DNA of 64,000 nt, taken from Patescibacteria group bacterium. Lineage in GTDB: Bacteria; Patescibacteriota; Patescibacteriia; UM-FILTER-42-10. Made by a program: the position numbers and the translations under genes. The stretch covers positions 25,007 to 89,006 of the forward strand of contig JBAYGC010000003.1 of NCBI GenBank assembly GCA_041666845.1, read 5' to 3'. The notes beneath the pieces are model-generated. The model was not told where the DNA came from, searched no databases, and saw only the letters and a list, made by a program, of their open reading frames with translations. Positions 39,113 to 47,795 of this stretch are shown piece by piece (the stretch's first letter is position 1; every line of letters starts with the position of its first letter).

Positions 39113-40180
39113 TTAGTTATATTCAACTGTTCGATCCGTCGGTACTATCTGAATCCAAGTTGGACCCGGATTCAGTTCAATTTCCTTACCGTCGGATGTA
39201 TTATAAAACCTTGTCCTTCCCGCCTGATCTTTTTTCTCCCAAGTCGCATTAATCATTTCACCGTCCTGGAACAACAGAGCTCCCCCCTCCCCGATTGTAT
39301 CCATCGCCAGTCTTGAAGAGTCCGCCATACTCGTTTTAACATATTGGACAATAACATTTTTGGCAAACAACTGATTACCCGTAACATAGTCGGTATGCGG
39401 TTCATCTCCATCTTCTCTCAGGTAACGATTATTCTCGAAATCATACTGATAACTGACTTTATAACTGAACGTTGAATAATCGATGGTAATTTTTTTGGTT
39501 TCATTTACTCTCTGCGATGCCGTCTTTTCTTTCTTAAACAACCACGGCTCATAATCCCCATCCCCGGTAATCCCCTTGTCTCTCAGCGCGAAAGCCAGGA
39601 GTTCTGAAGACGTAAACAGCGTATGTTCACTGGCTGTTGATCGGGAAGGATCACGCCAAAAATACGCGTGTTGTCCGCCGATTTGATCCAGATTGGTAAT
39701 GTTATCAATCTTCGGTATCAGCCTAATCGCATCCGGACTACCCCCTGCATGCGCGTAAAGCGGATTGTATTCAGCCACCCAATCCAAATAGTAGGGGCGG
39801 GCGCTTCTAACAGGTCCAATCTCTTTTATTTCATCATATGTCGCATATATTGCCAGGAATCGGGTGATACCGCCTTCTGCTAATGCTTCATATACCACGC
39901 CTGCTTTATCCAATCCTGACTGCGGACGGACTGTAGCAAGGTTCTCCACCATTACAGCAATTGGATAATGATTTTCCTCCCCCTTTGTGACCGGCACACC
40001 ATCCAGAACGCGTGGAGCCTGTTTCCCGGTGGCGTTTGAATTTATTTCTATGTTCTGATCCATTGAACCGCCACTAAAAACAAAATAACTGATCATTACA
40101 ACAAAACCTACTACCACGACAACCAGTAAAGTAATTTTAGTGGACTTTTTGTTAAAAAACTTCTTTATTTTTTCAGACAT
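39113..40180 (-). CDS. DUF3048 protein, paralog 2
   Basis: Same motifs as 37187-38455; start at MSEKIK. Confidence 0.88.
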   Translation of the reverse strand: MSEKIKKFFNKKSTKITLLVVVVVGFVVMISYFVFSGGSMDQNIEINSNATGKQAPRVLDGVPVTKGEENHYPIAVMVENLATVRPQSGLDKAGVVYEALAEGGITRFLAIYATYDEIKEIGPVRSARPYYLDWVAEYNPLYAHAGGSPDAIRLIPKIDNITNLDQIGGQHAYFWRDPSRSTASEHTLFTSSELLAFALRDKGITGDGDYEPWLFKKEKTASQRVNETKKITIDYSTFSYKVSYQYDFENNRYLREDGDEPHTDYVTGNQLFAKNVIVQYVKTSMADSSRLAMDTIGEGGALLFQDGEMINATWEKKDQAGRTRFYNTSDGKEIELNPGPTWIQIVPTDRTVEYN

Positions 40181-40205
40181 ATTTTTATTTCCAGGATAAG
40201 ATGGT

Positions 40206-40907
40206 TTATTTATCTTTGGTTTCTGCTTTCTTTTCCTTGCCCTTTTCCGCTTCAGTACCTTCAGCTTCAGCACCTTCAGCTTTAACTTCCTCCGCACCTT
40301 CCGGTACCTTGACGGTTATTTCTTCATTCAGTGCTTCCAGTTCCGCATCGGTCCTTGGCGCCTCTACCAATACGACTGCTTCATCTGGCTTGTCCATAAT
40401 TGTTACGTTTTCTGGAACATTCAAGTCTTTGACGTGAATAACAGTTTCAAAATCGGTAATTTTCGATATATCAACTTCTAATTCATGGATTAAGTCGCTT
40501 GGCAAACACTGGATCTCTAAATGATCAATGCTCTTAACCAATACCCCACCCATTTCTTTTACTGCCGGTGATTCGCCGATGAATTTAATATGCACTTCCG
40601 CGGTTACCTTCTCTTTCATATTGATTTGCCTGAAATCAACGTGAATCGGCAGATCCGTTTCTGGATCAAACTGGACATCCTGCACGAGAACCTTAATCGT
40701 GCTCCCATCATCAACCTTAAGATCAACCAATGTGCTACTACCAGCTTCTTCAAATACTTTTTTAAACGTCAAAAAATCAAGCTCTAATGATTGAGTTTCA
40801 ATACTGGGTCCATATACAACCGCCGGAATAATTTTTTGCTCGCGCAGTTTTTTTACGTCTTTCCCCGTTAGTGTTCTTTTTTTTGCATTTAGAATCAAGG
40901 TGTCCAT
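40206..40907 (-). CDS. rplY: 50S ribosomal protein L25/Ctc
   Basis: IPAVVYG, HVDF, GESPAVK. Confidence 0.96.
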   Translation of the reverse strand: MDTLILNAKKRTLTGKDVKKLREQKIIPAVVYGPSIETQSLELDFLTFKKVFEEAGSSTLVDLKVDDGSTIKVLVQDVQFDPETDLPIHVDFRQINMKEKVTAEVHIKFIGESPAVKEMGGVLVKSIDHLEIQCLPSDLIHELEVDISKITDFETVIHVKDLNVPENVTIMDKPDEAVVLVEAPRTDAELEALNEEITVKVPEGAEEVKAEGAEAEGTEAEKGKEKKAETKDK

Positions 40908-40941
40908 CTTATTCCTTTCGTGATTATGATTACATTATTAT

Positions 40942-41289
40942 TTATTCAGCTTTTTGAATGTGTTCAAGTAATTGACCACTTGAAAGCTCCAAATGAAGAT
41001 CAAGCACATCATTGGATGTTACTTCATCACCATCTTTAAATTTCAAAACGTCATCACTAGTTAGATCTGTAATTAATCCTACCGAACTGATGCCGATTGC
41101 CCCATTCAAAACAAGGGCAACAATCGAACTGTTGCAGCTTTTGCATTTGATATGAACCAAATGCGCATCCTCGCGTTCATCCAGTATTCTCGCCGACAGC
41201 GGGTTATACTGGGTGTTGCACAGAGGACAATACGATATTAGTTTAATCCCCTCTCCCTGGAGATAAGGATCATTGGGTGATTTCATCAT
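40942..41289 (-). CDS. Hypothetical Zn-ribbon protein
   Basis: CPLC..H..CKSC. Confidence 0.75.
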   Translation of the reverse strand: MMKSPNDPYLQGEGIKLISYCPLCNTQYNPLSARILDEREDAHLVHIKCKSCNSSIVALVLNGAIGISSVGLITDLTSDDVLKFKDGDEVTSNDVLDLHLELSSGQLLEHIQKAE

Positions 41290-41311
41290 TCTGTATTTTT
41301 TATGTATTCCG

Positions 41312-41341
41312 ATTATATCACAAATTTTGTGATAAAGTCAA
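41312..41341 (-). promoter_or_regulatory. Promoter with palindromic spacer
   Basis: TTGACT-18-TATAAT; TATCACAAA-A-TTTGTGATA inverted repeat. Confidence 0.6.
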
Positions 41342-41393
41342 CCCCGTTTTAGACGGGGTATAAGGGTGTTTGGTATCACTTTTAGTGAAGTAA

Positions 41394-41885
41394 TTATCCC
41401 AAGATTTGGAGGACTTCAGCAAATGGCATAATCATACCGTCAACAAGGGGTTGCAACCCCTTGTTGCATGGCAAATTGTGCTTCTCTCTATTATATTGGA
41501 TGTACTCTATAGTATTCATCATTTGCTCATCACTTTCTATGGGCGTATAGCTATATTTCTGTGCCCAAAGGTGAAATTCTTCCTTGTAACCATGCTTGTG
41601 TTTATAGAGCTGGGCTGATTTTCCTTTAAACTTCCTAATAATATTGTCTTTCTCTAACTCAGTACATAACAAAATCATATGGACATGATCGCGACAAATA
41701 TTATAGGCAATCACTCGCAGTTCTTCTTCGTGTACCATGTGAGCAATATATCTAGTTATCTCAACCTCATCATCATTATTCAATACCACCGGCTCACCTC
41801 TCTTTACACCAAATTGAACCATCCTTTCGCTCACTCGGCTATTATGAGTTACCCAGGTTATGTGATAAGGCAATAAATCTTCCAT
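41394..41885 (-). mobile_element. Y1 HUH transposase (IS200/RAYT-like)
   Basis: YHITWVT, DHVH (HUH), KFKG, LWAQKY, EYIQYN..KH catalytic Tyr. Confidence 0.88.
41428..41466. repeat. Palindromic direct repeat, copy 1 (inside transposase 3' end)
   Basis: ATAATCATACCGT-CAACAAGGGGTTGCAACCCCTTGTTG. Confidence 0.9.
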
Positions 41886-41911
41886 CTCTTTGTTTTTGAT
41901 AAAACTTCTCG

Positions 41912-41949
41912 ATAATCATACAGTCAACAAGGGGTTGCAACCCCTTGTT
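41912..41949. repeat. Palindromic direct repeat, copy 2
   Basis: 37/38 identical to 41428-41465. Confidence 0.9.
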
Positions 41950-41953
41950 ACTC

Positions 41954-42028
41954 TGGTACCGCCTAGGGGAATCGAACCCCTGTTGCCAGGATGAGAACCT
42001 GGCGTCCTAACCACTAGACGAAGGCGGC
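41954..42028 (-). tRNA. tRNA-Glu(CTC)
   Basis: Full cloverleaf, anticodon CTC. Confidence 0.97.
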
Positions 42029-42078
42029 ACAAAAGGCAGGGAGTAGTTTAACACACCCTGCCTTATAATTTCAAGTTT

Positions 42079-43086
42079 TTACAATTTCTTTCCCACTCTT
42101 TCAGCCATATCAACGAGACGGCTGGTGTATCCCCATTCATTGTCATACCAGGTTACTACTTTAACCAAATCACCGGCCACTACTTTAGTCAGGCTCAAAT
42201 CAACAATTGTAGAATGTGTATTACCAATAAAATCGGTTGATACCAGCGGTTCTTCAGTCACTCCCAAGATTCCCTTATACTGTTCCGTCTCCGATGCTGC
42301 TTTCAAGGCATTATTAACTTCTTCTTCAGTCACCTCTTTTTTTAACAGGATTGTTAAATCAGAAAGTGAAACGTCCATGGTTGGGACACGAACTGCGTAG
42401 CCGTCAAAAATACCTTTCAGATCCGGGATTGTGTTTCCCGTTGCCTTCGCGGCGCCGGTCGTTGTGGGTACAATATTTTCCGCAGCGGAACGTGCCCGAC
42501 GCAGATCTTTGTGCGGAGCATCAACCAGATTCTGATCAGCGGTATAGGAATGAATAGTCGTCAACATCGCCTTTTTAATCCCGAACACTCTGTGCAGCAC
42601 TTCCATAACCGGCGCAACTGAATTTGTCGTACACGATGCATTGTCAATTACGCAATCTTTTGTCGGGTCGTAGTCTCCGTCATTGACACCAATCACACAG
42701 CTTTTTACTCCATCCCCTTTTCCCGGAGCGGAAAGAATCACCTGTTTCGCACCGGCCTTGATATGCAGTTCGGCCTCTTCTTCCTTTCGAAATCTTCCCG
42801 TGCATTCCAAAACAATATCCACACCTAAATCTTTCCAAGGCAATTTAGATGGATCCTTTTCTTCATAAACTTTATAGTGCTTACCATCAACCGTAATTCC
42901 ATCTGCATCACCCTTTACCTTTCTATCATATGTACGATAAACCGTATCATGTTTTAAAAGATGAGCTAGTGTCTCATTATCGGCAAGATCGTTGATTGCA
43001 ACGACTTCTACCCCTTTTCTTTCCAGTGCTATTTTAAAAGCTGCACGGCCGATCCGGCCAAAACCATTAATAGCTATTTTAATCAT
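42079..43086 (-). CDS. gap: Glyceraldehyde-3-phosphate dehydrogenase type I
   Basis: INGFGRIGR, NASCTTN, WYDNEWGY. Confidence 0.98.
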   Translation of the reverse strand: MIKIAINGFGRIGRAAFKIALERKGVEVVAINDLADNETLAHLLKHDTVYRTYDRKVKGDADGITVDGKHYKVYEEKDPSKLPWKDLGVDIVLECTGRFRKEEEAELHIKAGAKQVILSAPGKGDGVKSCVIGVNDGDYDPTKDCVIDNASCTTNSVAPVMEVLHRVFGIKKAMLTTIHSYTADQNLVDAPHKDLRRARSAAENIVPTTTGAAKATGNTIPDLKGIFDGYAVRVPTMDVSLSDLTILLKKEVTEEEVNNALKAASETEQYKGILGVTEEPLVSTDFIGNTHSTIVDLSLTKVVAGDLVKVVTWYDNEWGYTSRLVDMAERVGKKL

Positions 43087-43096
43087 TTTTTATATA

Positions 43097-43891
43097 TTAA
43101 GAATTAAGCTTGGAATTAATAAACTTTTTTGCCAGGTTATAAATCATCCCGATGAATACTTCCGGTTTAAGACTGGAGCCACCGACTAGCACACCGTGAA
43201 TATTTTCATTATCAACAAAATCAGTAATGTTTTTATCATCAACACTGCCTCCATATAGAATCCTGATTTTTTCATCAATTGTTTTTTGCGGATATATATC
43301 TTTCAGCGTGTATTTGATCAATCCAATTGCGGAATGTGCTTCATTTGGATCAATCGCTTCTCCCCTGCCGATTACCCATACTGGTTCATAGGCGATGATC
43401 AGCTGGTTGAAACAGTCAATACCCTTTAAGGCGTTGGCAATTTCATTCATAATCACAATGTCTCTTTTGCCATCCTGGCGCTCTTCATATTTCTCACCGA
43501 CGCAGATAATCGGAACCAAACCGTACTGTAGTGCTAGCTTTACTTTCTTATTGATTTCAACATCGGTTTCGCATAAATGAATGCGTCGTTCGGAATGTCC
43601 CAAAATTACGTAATGACACCCCATATCTTTCAGCATACGCACCGATACTTCTCCGGTATAAGAACCGTCCTCCTTCCAGAACATATTTTGTGATCCCAAA
43701 GATATGCTGGTTTTTGCAATCACTCTCTGTACTCTTTCCATTGCCGGATATGAAGGACAAATACCAATTTCAACCGGCAAACCTTCTGGTGGCAGACCGG
43801 CAACAACTTTTTTGGCAATTGTTTCCGACTCATAAGGAGTCAGATTCATCTTCCAGTTACCAATAACGAAAGGAAAGTTTAGTTCAGGCAT
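43097..43891 (-). CDS. tpiA: Triosephosphate isomerase
   Basis: GNWKMN, GHSERR, AYEPVW, YGGSV. Confidence 0.98.
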   Translation of the reverse strand: MPELNFPFVIGNWKMNLTPYESETIAKKVVAGLPPEGLPVEIGICPSYPAMERVQRVIAKTSISLGSQNMFWKEDGSYTGEVSVRMLKDMGCHYVILGHSERRIHLCETDVEINKKVKLALQYGLVPIICVGEKYEERQDGKRDIVIMNEIANALKGIDCFNQLIIAYEPVWVIGRGEAIDPNEAHSAIGLIKYTLKDIYPQKTIDEKIRILYGGSVDDKNITDFVDNENIHGVLVGGSSLKPEVFIGMIYNLAKKFINSKLNS

Positions 43892-43970
43892 ATGTATAAA
43901 AAATAATAATTGATATTAGCTCTTAGCCGAACGTTAAGTTCAGCATACAATAATGGTTACCTTTTGTAAA

Positions 43971-44900
43971 TTAATTTGACCATTCGAAATTATCAAATGC
44001 CCAGGTCGTTAATGCTTTGACTTCCTCAAATCTGGTATCGCTGGAATAGCTTCCTAGCACCACGACAATCACTTCGTTCCCATTTTCATTTTCTGCCTGT
44101 GCCACCATACAGTATCCGGCATCATACGTGAATCCGGTTTTTGCACCTTTAATATTCAGATAACTGTCGAGCAAAACATTCTGAGAAATTTGCTTATGGA
44201 ATTCTTTATTATCAAGTGTTATAAAAGAATGTTCCTTGCGGGTTGTCGCATCACTGATTTTCGGCTGAGCAAAAGCCACCTTGCCCAATTTTGCCAGGTC
44301 AGCAACTGTTGAAACATTTTCCGGATTTAAACCCGTAGGTTCTACATACTTGGTATTCCCCATTCCCAGACTAGCGGCTTTTTTATTCATTTCCGAAACA
44401 AATTCTTCTCCGCTCATCCCAGTTGCATGGACCAACGCCTGCGTCGCATTATTAGCTGATCCGACTAAACTTGCGTAAAACAGATCTTCCACAGTCATAT
44501 GGTCATTGCTTTTTACCTGCACCCGAGATCCTTCCAGGCCGTTTTCGCCAACACCAATCTGACCGACCTGATCAAACCCGGGGTTATGCTCCAAAAAAAC
44601 AAGCGCAGTCATTAGTTTGGTAACGCTGGCAATTGAGTGCTGGCGGTTCGGTTCCTTCTGAAATAATATTTTTCCGGTATCCTTGTCCATTACCAATGCC
44701 GAACTGGAGGTAAGATAAATGCCGGAGCTGTCGGAAATTTTTTCCGGAAGCAGATCAGCGGGTACTGCTGACTCCTGGACATTTAGCTGTACAGTATTAT
44801 TTTCATTTAATGAAGGCACTAACTCGCCGTTCGCACCTTGAATTATCGGTGGAAACAGCTGTCCAAAAAAAACAATTCCAATTATCAGATAGTAAACCAT
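43971..44900 (-). CDS. D-alanyl-D-alanine carboxypeptidase/endopeptidase (S11)
   Basis: ASVTKLMT, SAN, KTG. Confidence 0.92.
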   Translation of the reverse strand: MVYYLIIGIVFFGQLFPPIIQGANGELVPSLNENNTVQLNVQESAVPADLLPEKISDSSGIYLTSSSALVMDKDTGKILFQKEPNRQHSIASVTKLMTALVFLEHNPGFDQVGQIGVGENGLEGSRVQVKSNDHMTVEDLFYASLVGSANNATQALVHATGMSGEEFVSEMNKKAASLGMGNTKYVEPTGLNPENVSTVADLAKLGKVAFAQPKISDATTRKEHSFITLDNKEFHKQISQNVLLDSYLNIKGAKTGFTYDAGYCMVAQAENENGNEVIVVVLGSYSSDTRFEEVKALTTWAFDNFEWSN

Positions 44901-44902
44901 AC

Positions 44903-45481
44903 TTATGCCTGTTCTTCTTTTACCTTTTCAACACTCTCTTCCTCATCATCTTCATGCAATAGCGCTTCCAGATTGTTATCGCTGTTTAACTTTTCATAAT
45001 CCGGCAATTCTTTTACATCATTTATCCCCAAGAATCTCATGAAATCAAAAGTAATCCGATAGTATGTCAGCTTGTCCTTGCTATTCTCTTCACCTTCGAT
45101 CAAACCCTTGATCAATAAATTGCGCAAAATCAAACTGCAATTAACTCCACGGATCATTTCCAGTTCCCCCTTGGTAACCGGCGCCCGGTAAGCGATGATG
45201 GTTAACGTTTCAAGCGACGGCTTGGTTAACTCGCCCGTTTGTTCGTCTTTCAGGTATTCTCGTACAACACCGGCATTATCGGGACTTGATACCAGCTCAA
45301 ATTTACTGCCATCACGCATCAGAGCAATTCCCTGCTTCCCTCCGTTATATTTTGCCATCAGCTCATGCAATGCTTCTTCAACATCTTTTTTTTCTTTTTT
45401 TACAATTTCTGCCAGTTTGTTGGCAGTGAGCGGTTTGTTCGCAATGAATAATAGGCTCTCAATCTCCGAAGATAGTGACAT
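44903..45481 (-). CDS. scpB: SMC-Scp complex subunit ScpB
   Basis: LETLTIIAYRAPVT..IRGVN. Confidence 0.96.
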   Translation of the reverse strand: MSLSSEIESLLFIANKPLTANKLAEIVKKEKKDVEEALHELMAKYNGGKQGIALMRDGSKFELVSSPDNAGVVREYLKDEQTGELTKPSLETLTIIAYRAPVTKGELEMIRGVNCSLILRNLLIKGLIEGEENSKDKLTYYRITFDFMRFLGINDVKELPDYEKLNSDNNLEALLHEDDEEESVEKVKEEQA

Positions 45482-45498
45482 TCTATTAATATTAATAT

Positions 45499-46215
45499 TT
45501 ATATGTCTTCTAAATTATTATTTTGTTCAATATATATTTCCTCAAACACACTTTCCTGCATAACAACCACTGAACGCTGTTTTACTAATTCAAGTAACGC
45601 TAAAAAAGTAACAATCACTTCTGTTTTATTCTTCGACTGAGTTAGCAAATTTTTAAAACTCAACCTGGCTTCCGTAGAAATCGCGGTTTTGATTTGAGAA
45701 ATTTTTTCCTGGATGGAAACAGTTCTTTTAATCATTTCCTGTGGCAGTTTCACAATCGGCTCTATTCTTTCCAGCACTTCTTTAAAATAATCGCGTAGAT
45801 CTTTTGCGCTAATGCCTTGCGGAGGATTAAAAATCGGTTCAACTGTACGGACGCGGGAAGACTCTCTGAAATATGAGAATTTCTTTTTGCCGATCATTTT
45901 CTGGATATGTTTCGAAGCATCATAATATATCCGGTAGATTTTCAACTGCTTTTCCAAATCACCGGCTTCTTCTTCACCGTCTAATTGCAGTGACGGTAAT
46001 AATAACTTCGATTTGATCAGCAACAGCTTGGCAGCCACCACTAAAAAATCAGCCAGATCACCCGGTGGCAGATCCTGTACTTGTTCAATATATGCCAGAT
46101 ATTGTTCCGCAATATTGGCCAGTGATACTTCCGTTATGTCCAGCTCCTCTTTTTCGATCAATTGCAATAAAAGCGGTAACGGCCCCTGAAATTGTTCTAA
46201 TTCTATTTTATACAT
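45499..46215 (-). CDS. scpA: Segregation and condensation protein A
   Basis: FQGPL.LLL.LI, IKSKLLLP, TFLALLEL. Confidence 0.96.
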   Translation of the reverse strand: MYKIELEQFQGPLPLLLQLIEKEELDITEVSLANIAEQYLAYIEQVQDLPPGDLADFLVVAAKLLLIKSKLLLPSLQLDGEEEAGDLEKQLKIYRIYYDASKHIQKMIGKKKFSYFRESSRVRTVEPIFNPPQGISAKDLRDYFKEVLERIEPIVKLPQEMIKRTVSIQEKISQIKTAISTEARLSFKNLLTQSKNKTEVIVTFLALLELVKQRSVVVMQESVFEEIYIEQNNNLEDI

Positions 46216-46267
46216 TTCTGAATTTACTAAATAAAAAACCCGAAGTACGATTCTTCAAACCTGTGAA

Positions 46268-46843
46268 TCATCTTTTCTTTTTGGTTTTGCCTTTTTTAGG
46301 AGCCTTTTTTGCCACTCTTTTTTTCTTGGCTTTCTTTTTGTTTTTAGACTGCTTCGGTTTTATAATGATATCGGACATGAATCTTTTGGCAAAAATTCCC
46401 TGAATCGGATCAACCATTTTTACATAATCTTTCACTTTCATCGCAATCGATTCTTTGAAAGAACCGGACCCCAATAAAACTCTAGTGGATTTATTCAGCG
46501 ATTTATCCATTACTACTTTTGTTTTATGGATAAAACCAAACGGGGTGATTGCTCCCGGTTTTACCTTGAATACTTTCTGCATCACATTTTCTTTGGCAAT
46601 TGTGATCTTTTTTGCATTCAATATTTTTTTCAGTTTGGTAAGATCCAGACGGTAATGCGCTGGCAGAACAACTAGGTAATATTCTTTTTCTGTTTTCACC
46701 AGCAATGTCTTGGCAATTTCACTTAATTTCAGTTTTAGCGTATTAGCCAAGTCAAAAGCAGTATAAACTTTTTTGTGTTCTATGATTTCGTATTTTGTCT
46801 TATTCTCATCCAGAGATCCAAGCAACTTTTTTGAAATTGGCAT
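46268..46843 (-). CDS. YbaK/prolyl-tRNA editing domain protein with Lys-rich tail
   Basis: IAKTLLV, PGAITPFG, GSG. Confidence 0.85.
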   Translation of the reverse strand: MPISKKLLGSLDENKTKYEIIEHKKVYTAFDLANTLKLKLSEIAKTLLVKTEKEYYLVVLPAHYRLDLTKLKKILNAKKITIAKENVMQKVFKVKPGAITPFGFIHKTKVVMDKSLNKSTRVLLGSGSFKESIAMKVKDYVKMVDPIQGIFAKRFMSDIIIKPKQSKNKKKAKKKRVAKKAPKKGKTKKKR

Positions 46844-46861
46844 ATTATTAATTTGTTATTA

Positions 46862-47170
46862 TTATTTTTCTTCTACCAGATTAATCTCAATTTCAATCCC
46901 CTTCTGATGTTCAGCAATCCAATTATAGATGAAGGCCATAACAAATCCAGAAACCATCCCCATTACGTACGACATTAAGATAAATCCAAAGAATCCTGCG
47001 ACACCAAAGATCATCCAGGACGAACCGGAATCGATATAACCGAACCCACCGGAAAATAGTAGCATCATTCCAAAATAAGGTACGCTCACAACGATAGAAA
47101 GTGCAACTGTTATCAAGCTGGTCATTCTAGCCAGGGACCAGGGATTAATTTTAGATACTTCGTATTTCAT
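46862..47170 (-). CDS. Small membrane protein (DUF3566-like)
   Basis: KINPWS..AFIYNWIA..GIEI. Confidence 0.65.
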   Translation of the reverse strand: MKYEVSKINPWSLARMTSLITVALSIVVSVPYFGMMLLFSGGFGYIDSGSSWMIFGVAGFFGFILMSYVMGMVSGFVMAFIYNWIAEHQKGIEIEINLVEEK

Positions 47171-47181
47171 TTGATTTTGGA

Positions 47182-47775
47182 TTATGAATTGTTTCTGTTG
47201 ACTACCCTCTTTTGCATAAATACGGTCAGTGAGGTAAATATTACCACCAAAACACCCAAAATTATGTAGATCGCACTATTCGGGAACTGATAACTGATTA
47301 CGACCATGATTTCGATTAACAAATGGAATAGCATCCAGAACGCAAACACCATATAACCGTACGTAACGACAAACCAATTGGGCTGCCTCTTTTTCACGTT
47401 AAACATATAATACATCAGGAATGTCAGCAGAAATACCGGGATAATGAAGGCGGAATGAATTAACAATTTGTACATGATATAATCCGCTTTCTGGGTTGTC
47501 GGATAGTAAATCTTTGCTTGAGAAAGCCCGGAACGTTCATAGGACAAACTTGCATTATAATAATTCGTGCCGGTTGTACCACTTGAATATTCAGAGACAA
47601 TCGGGTTGGCAGCTTTATTTAAGTCAAAGATTATTCGCTCGCCAAGCAGAATAATTACGATTGCCATAATAATCGTAAATACAACACCTAGGGCAGAAAC
47701 TGATTTTTGCTTTTTCTGCTTAATGTTTGCCGCTTTTGGCTTTGCGGTTTCTTTTAAAATATCTTTTGGAGTCAT
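47182..47775 (-). CDS. Membrane protein
   Basis: Four TM segments. Confidence 0.75.
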   Translation of the reverse strand: MTPKDILKETAKPKAANIKQKKQKSVSALGVVFTIIMAIVIILLGERIIFDLNKAANPIVSEYSSGTTGTNYYNASLSYERSGLSQAKIYYPTTQKADYIMYKLLIHSAFIIPVFLLTFLMYYMFNVKKRQPNWFVVTYGYMVFAFWMLFHLLIEIMVVISYQFPNSAIYIILGVLVVIFTSLTVFMQKRVVNRNNS

Positions 47776-47795
47776 ATATTCCCCCGTATGATTAG

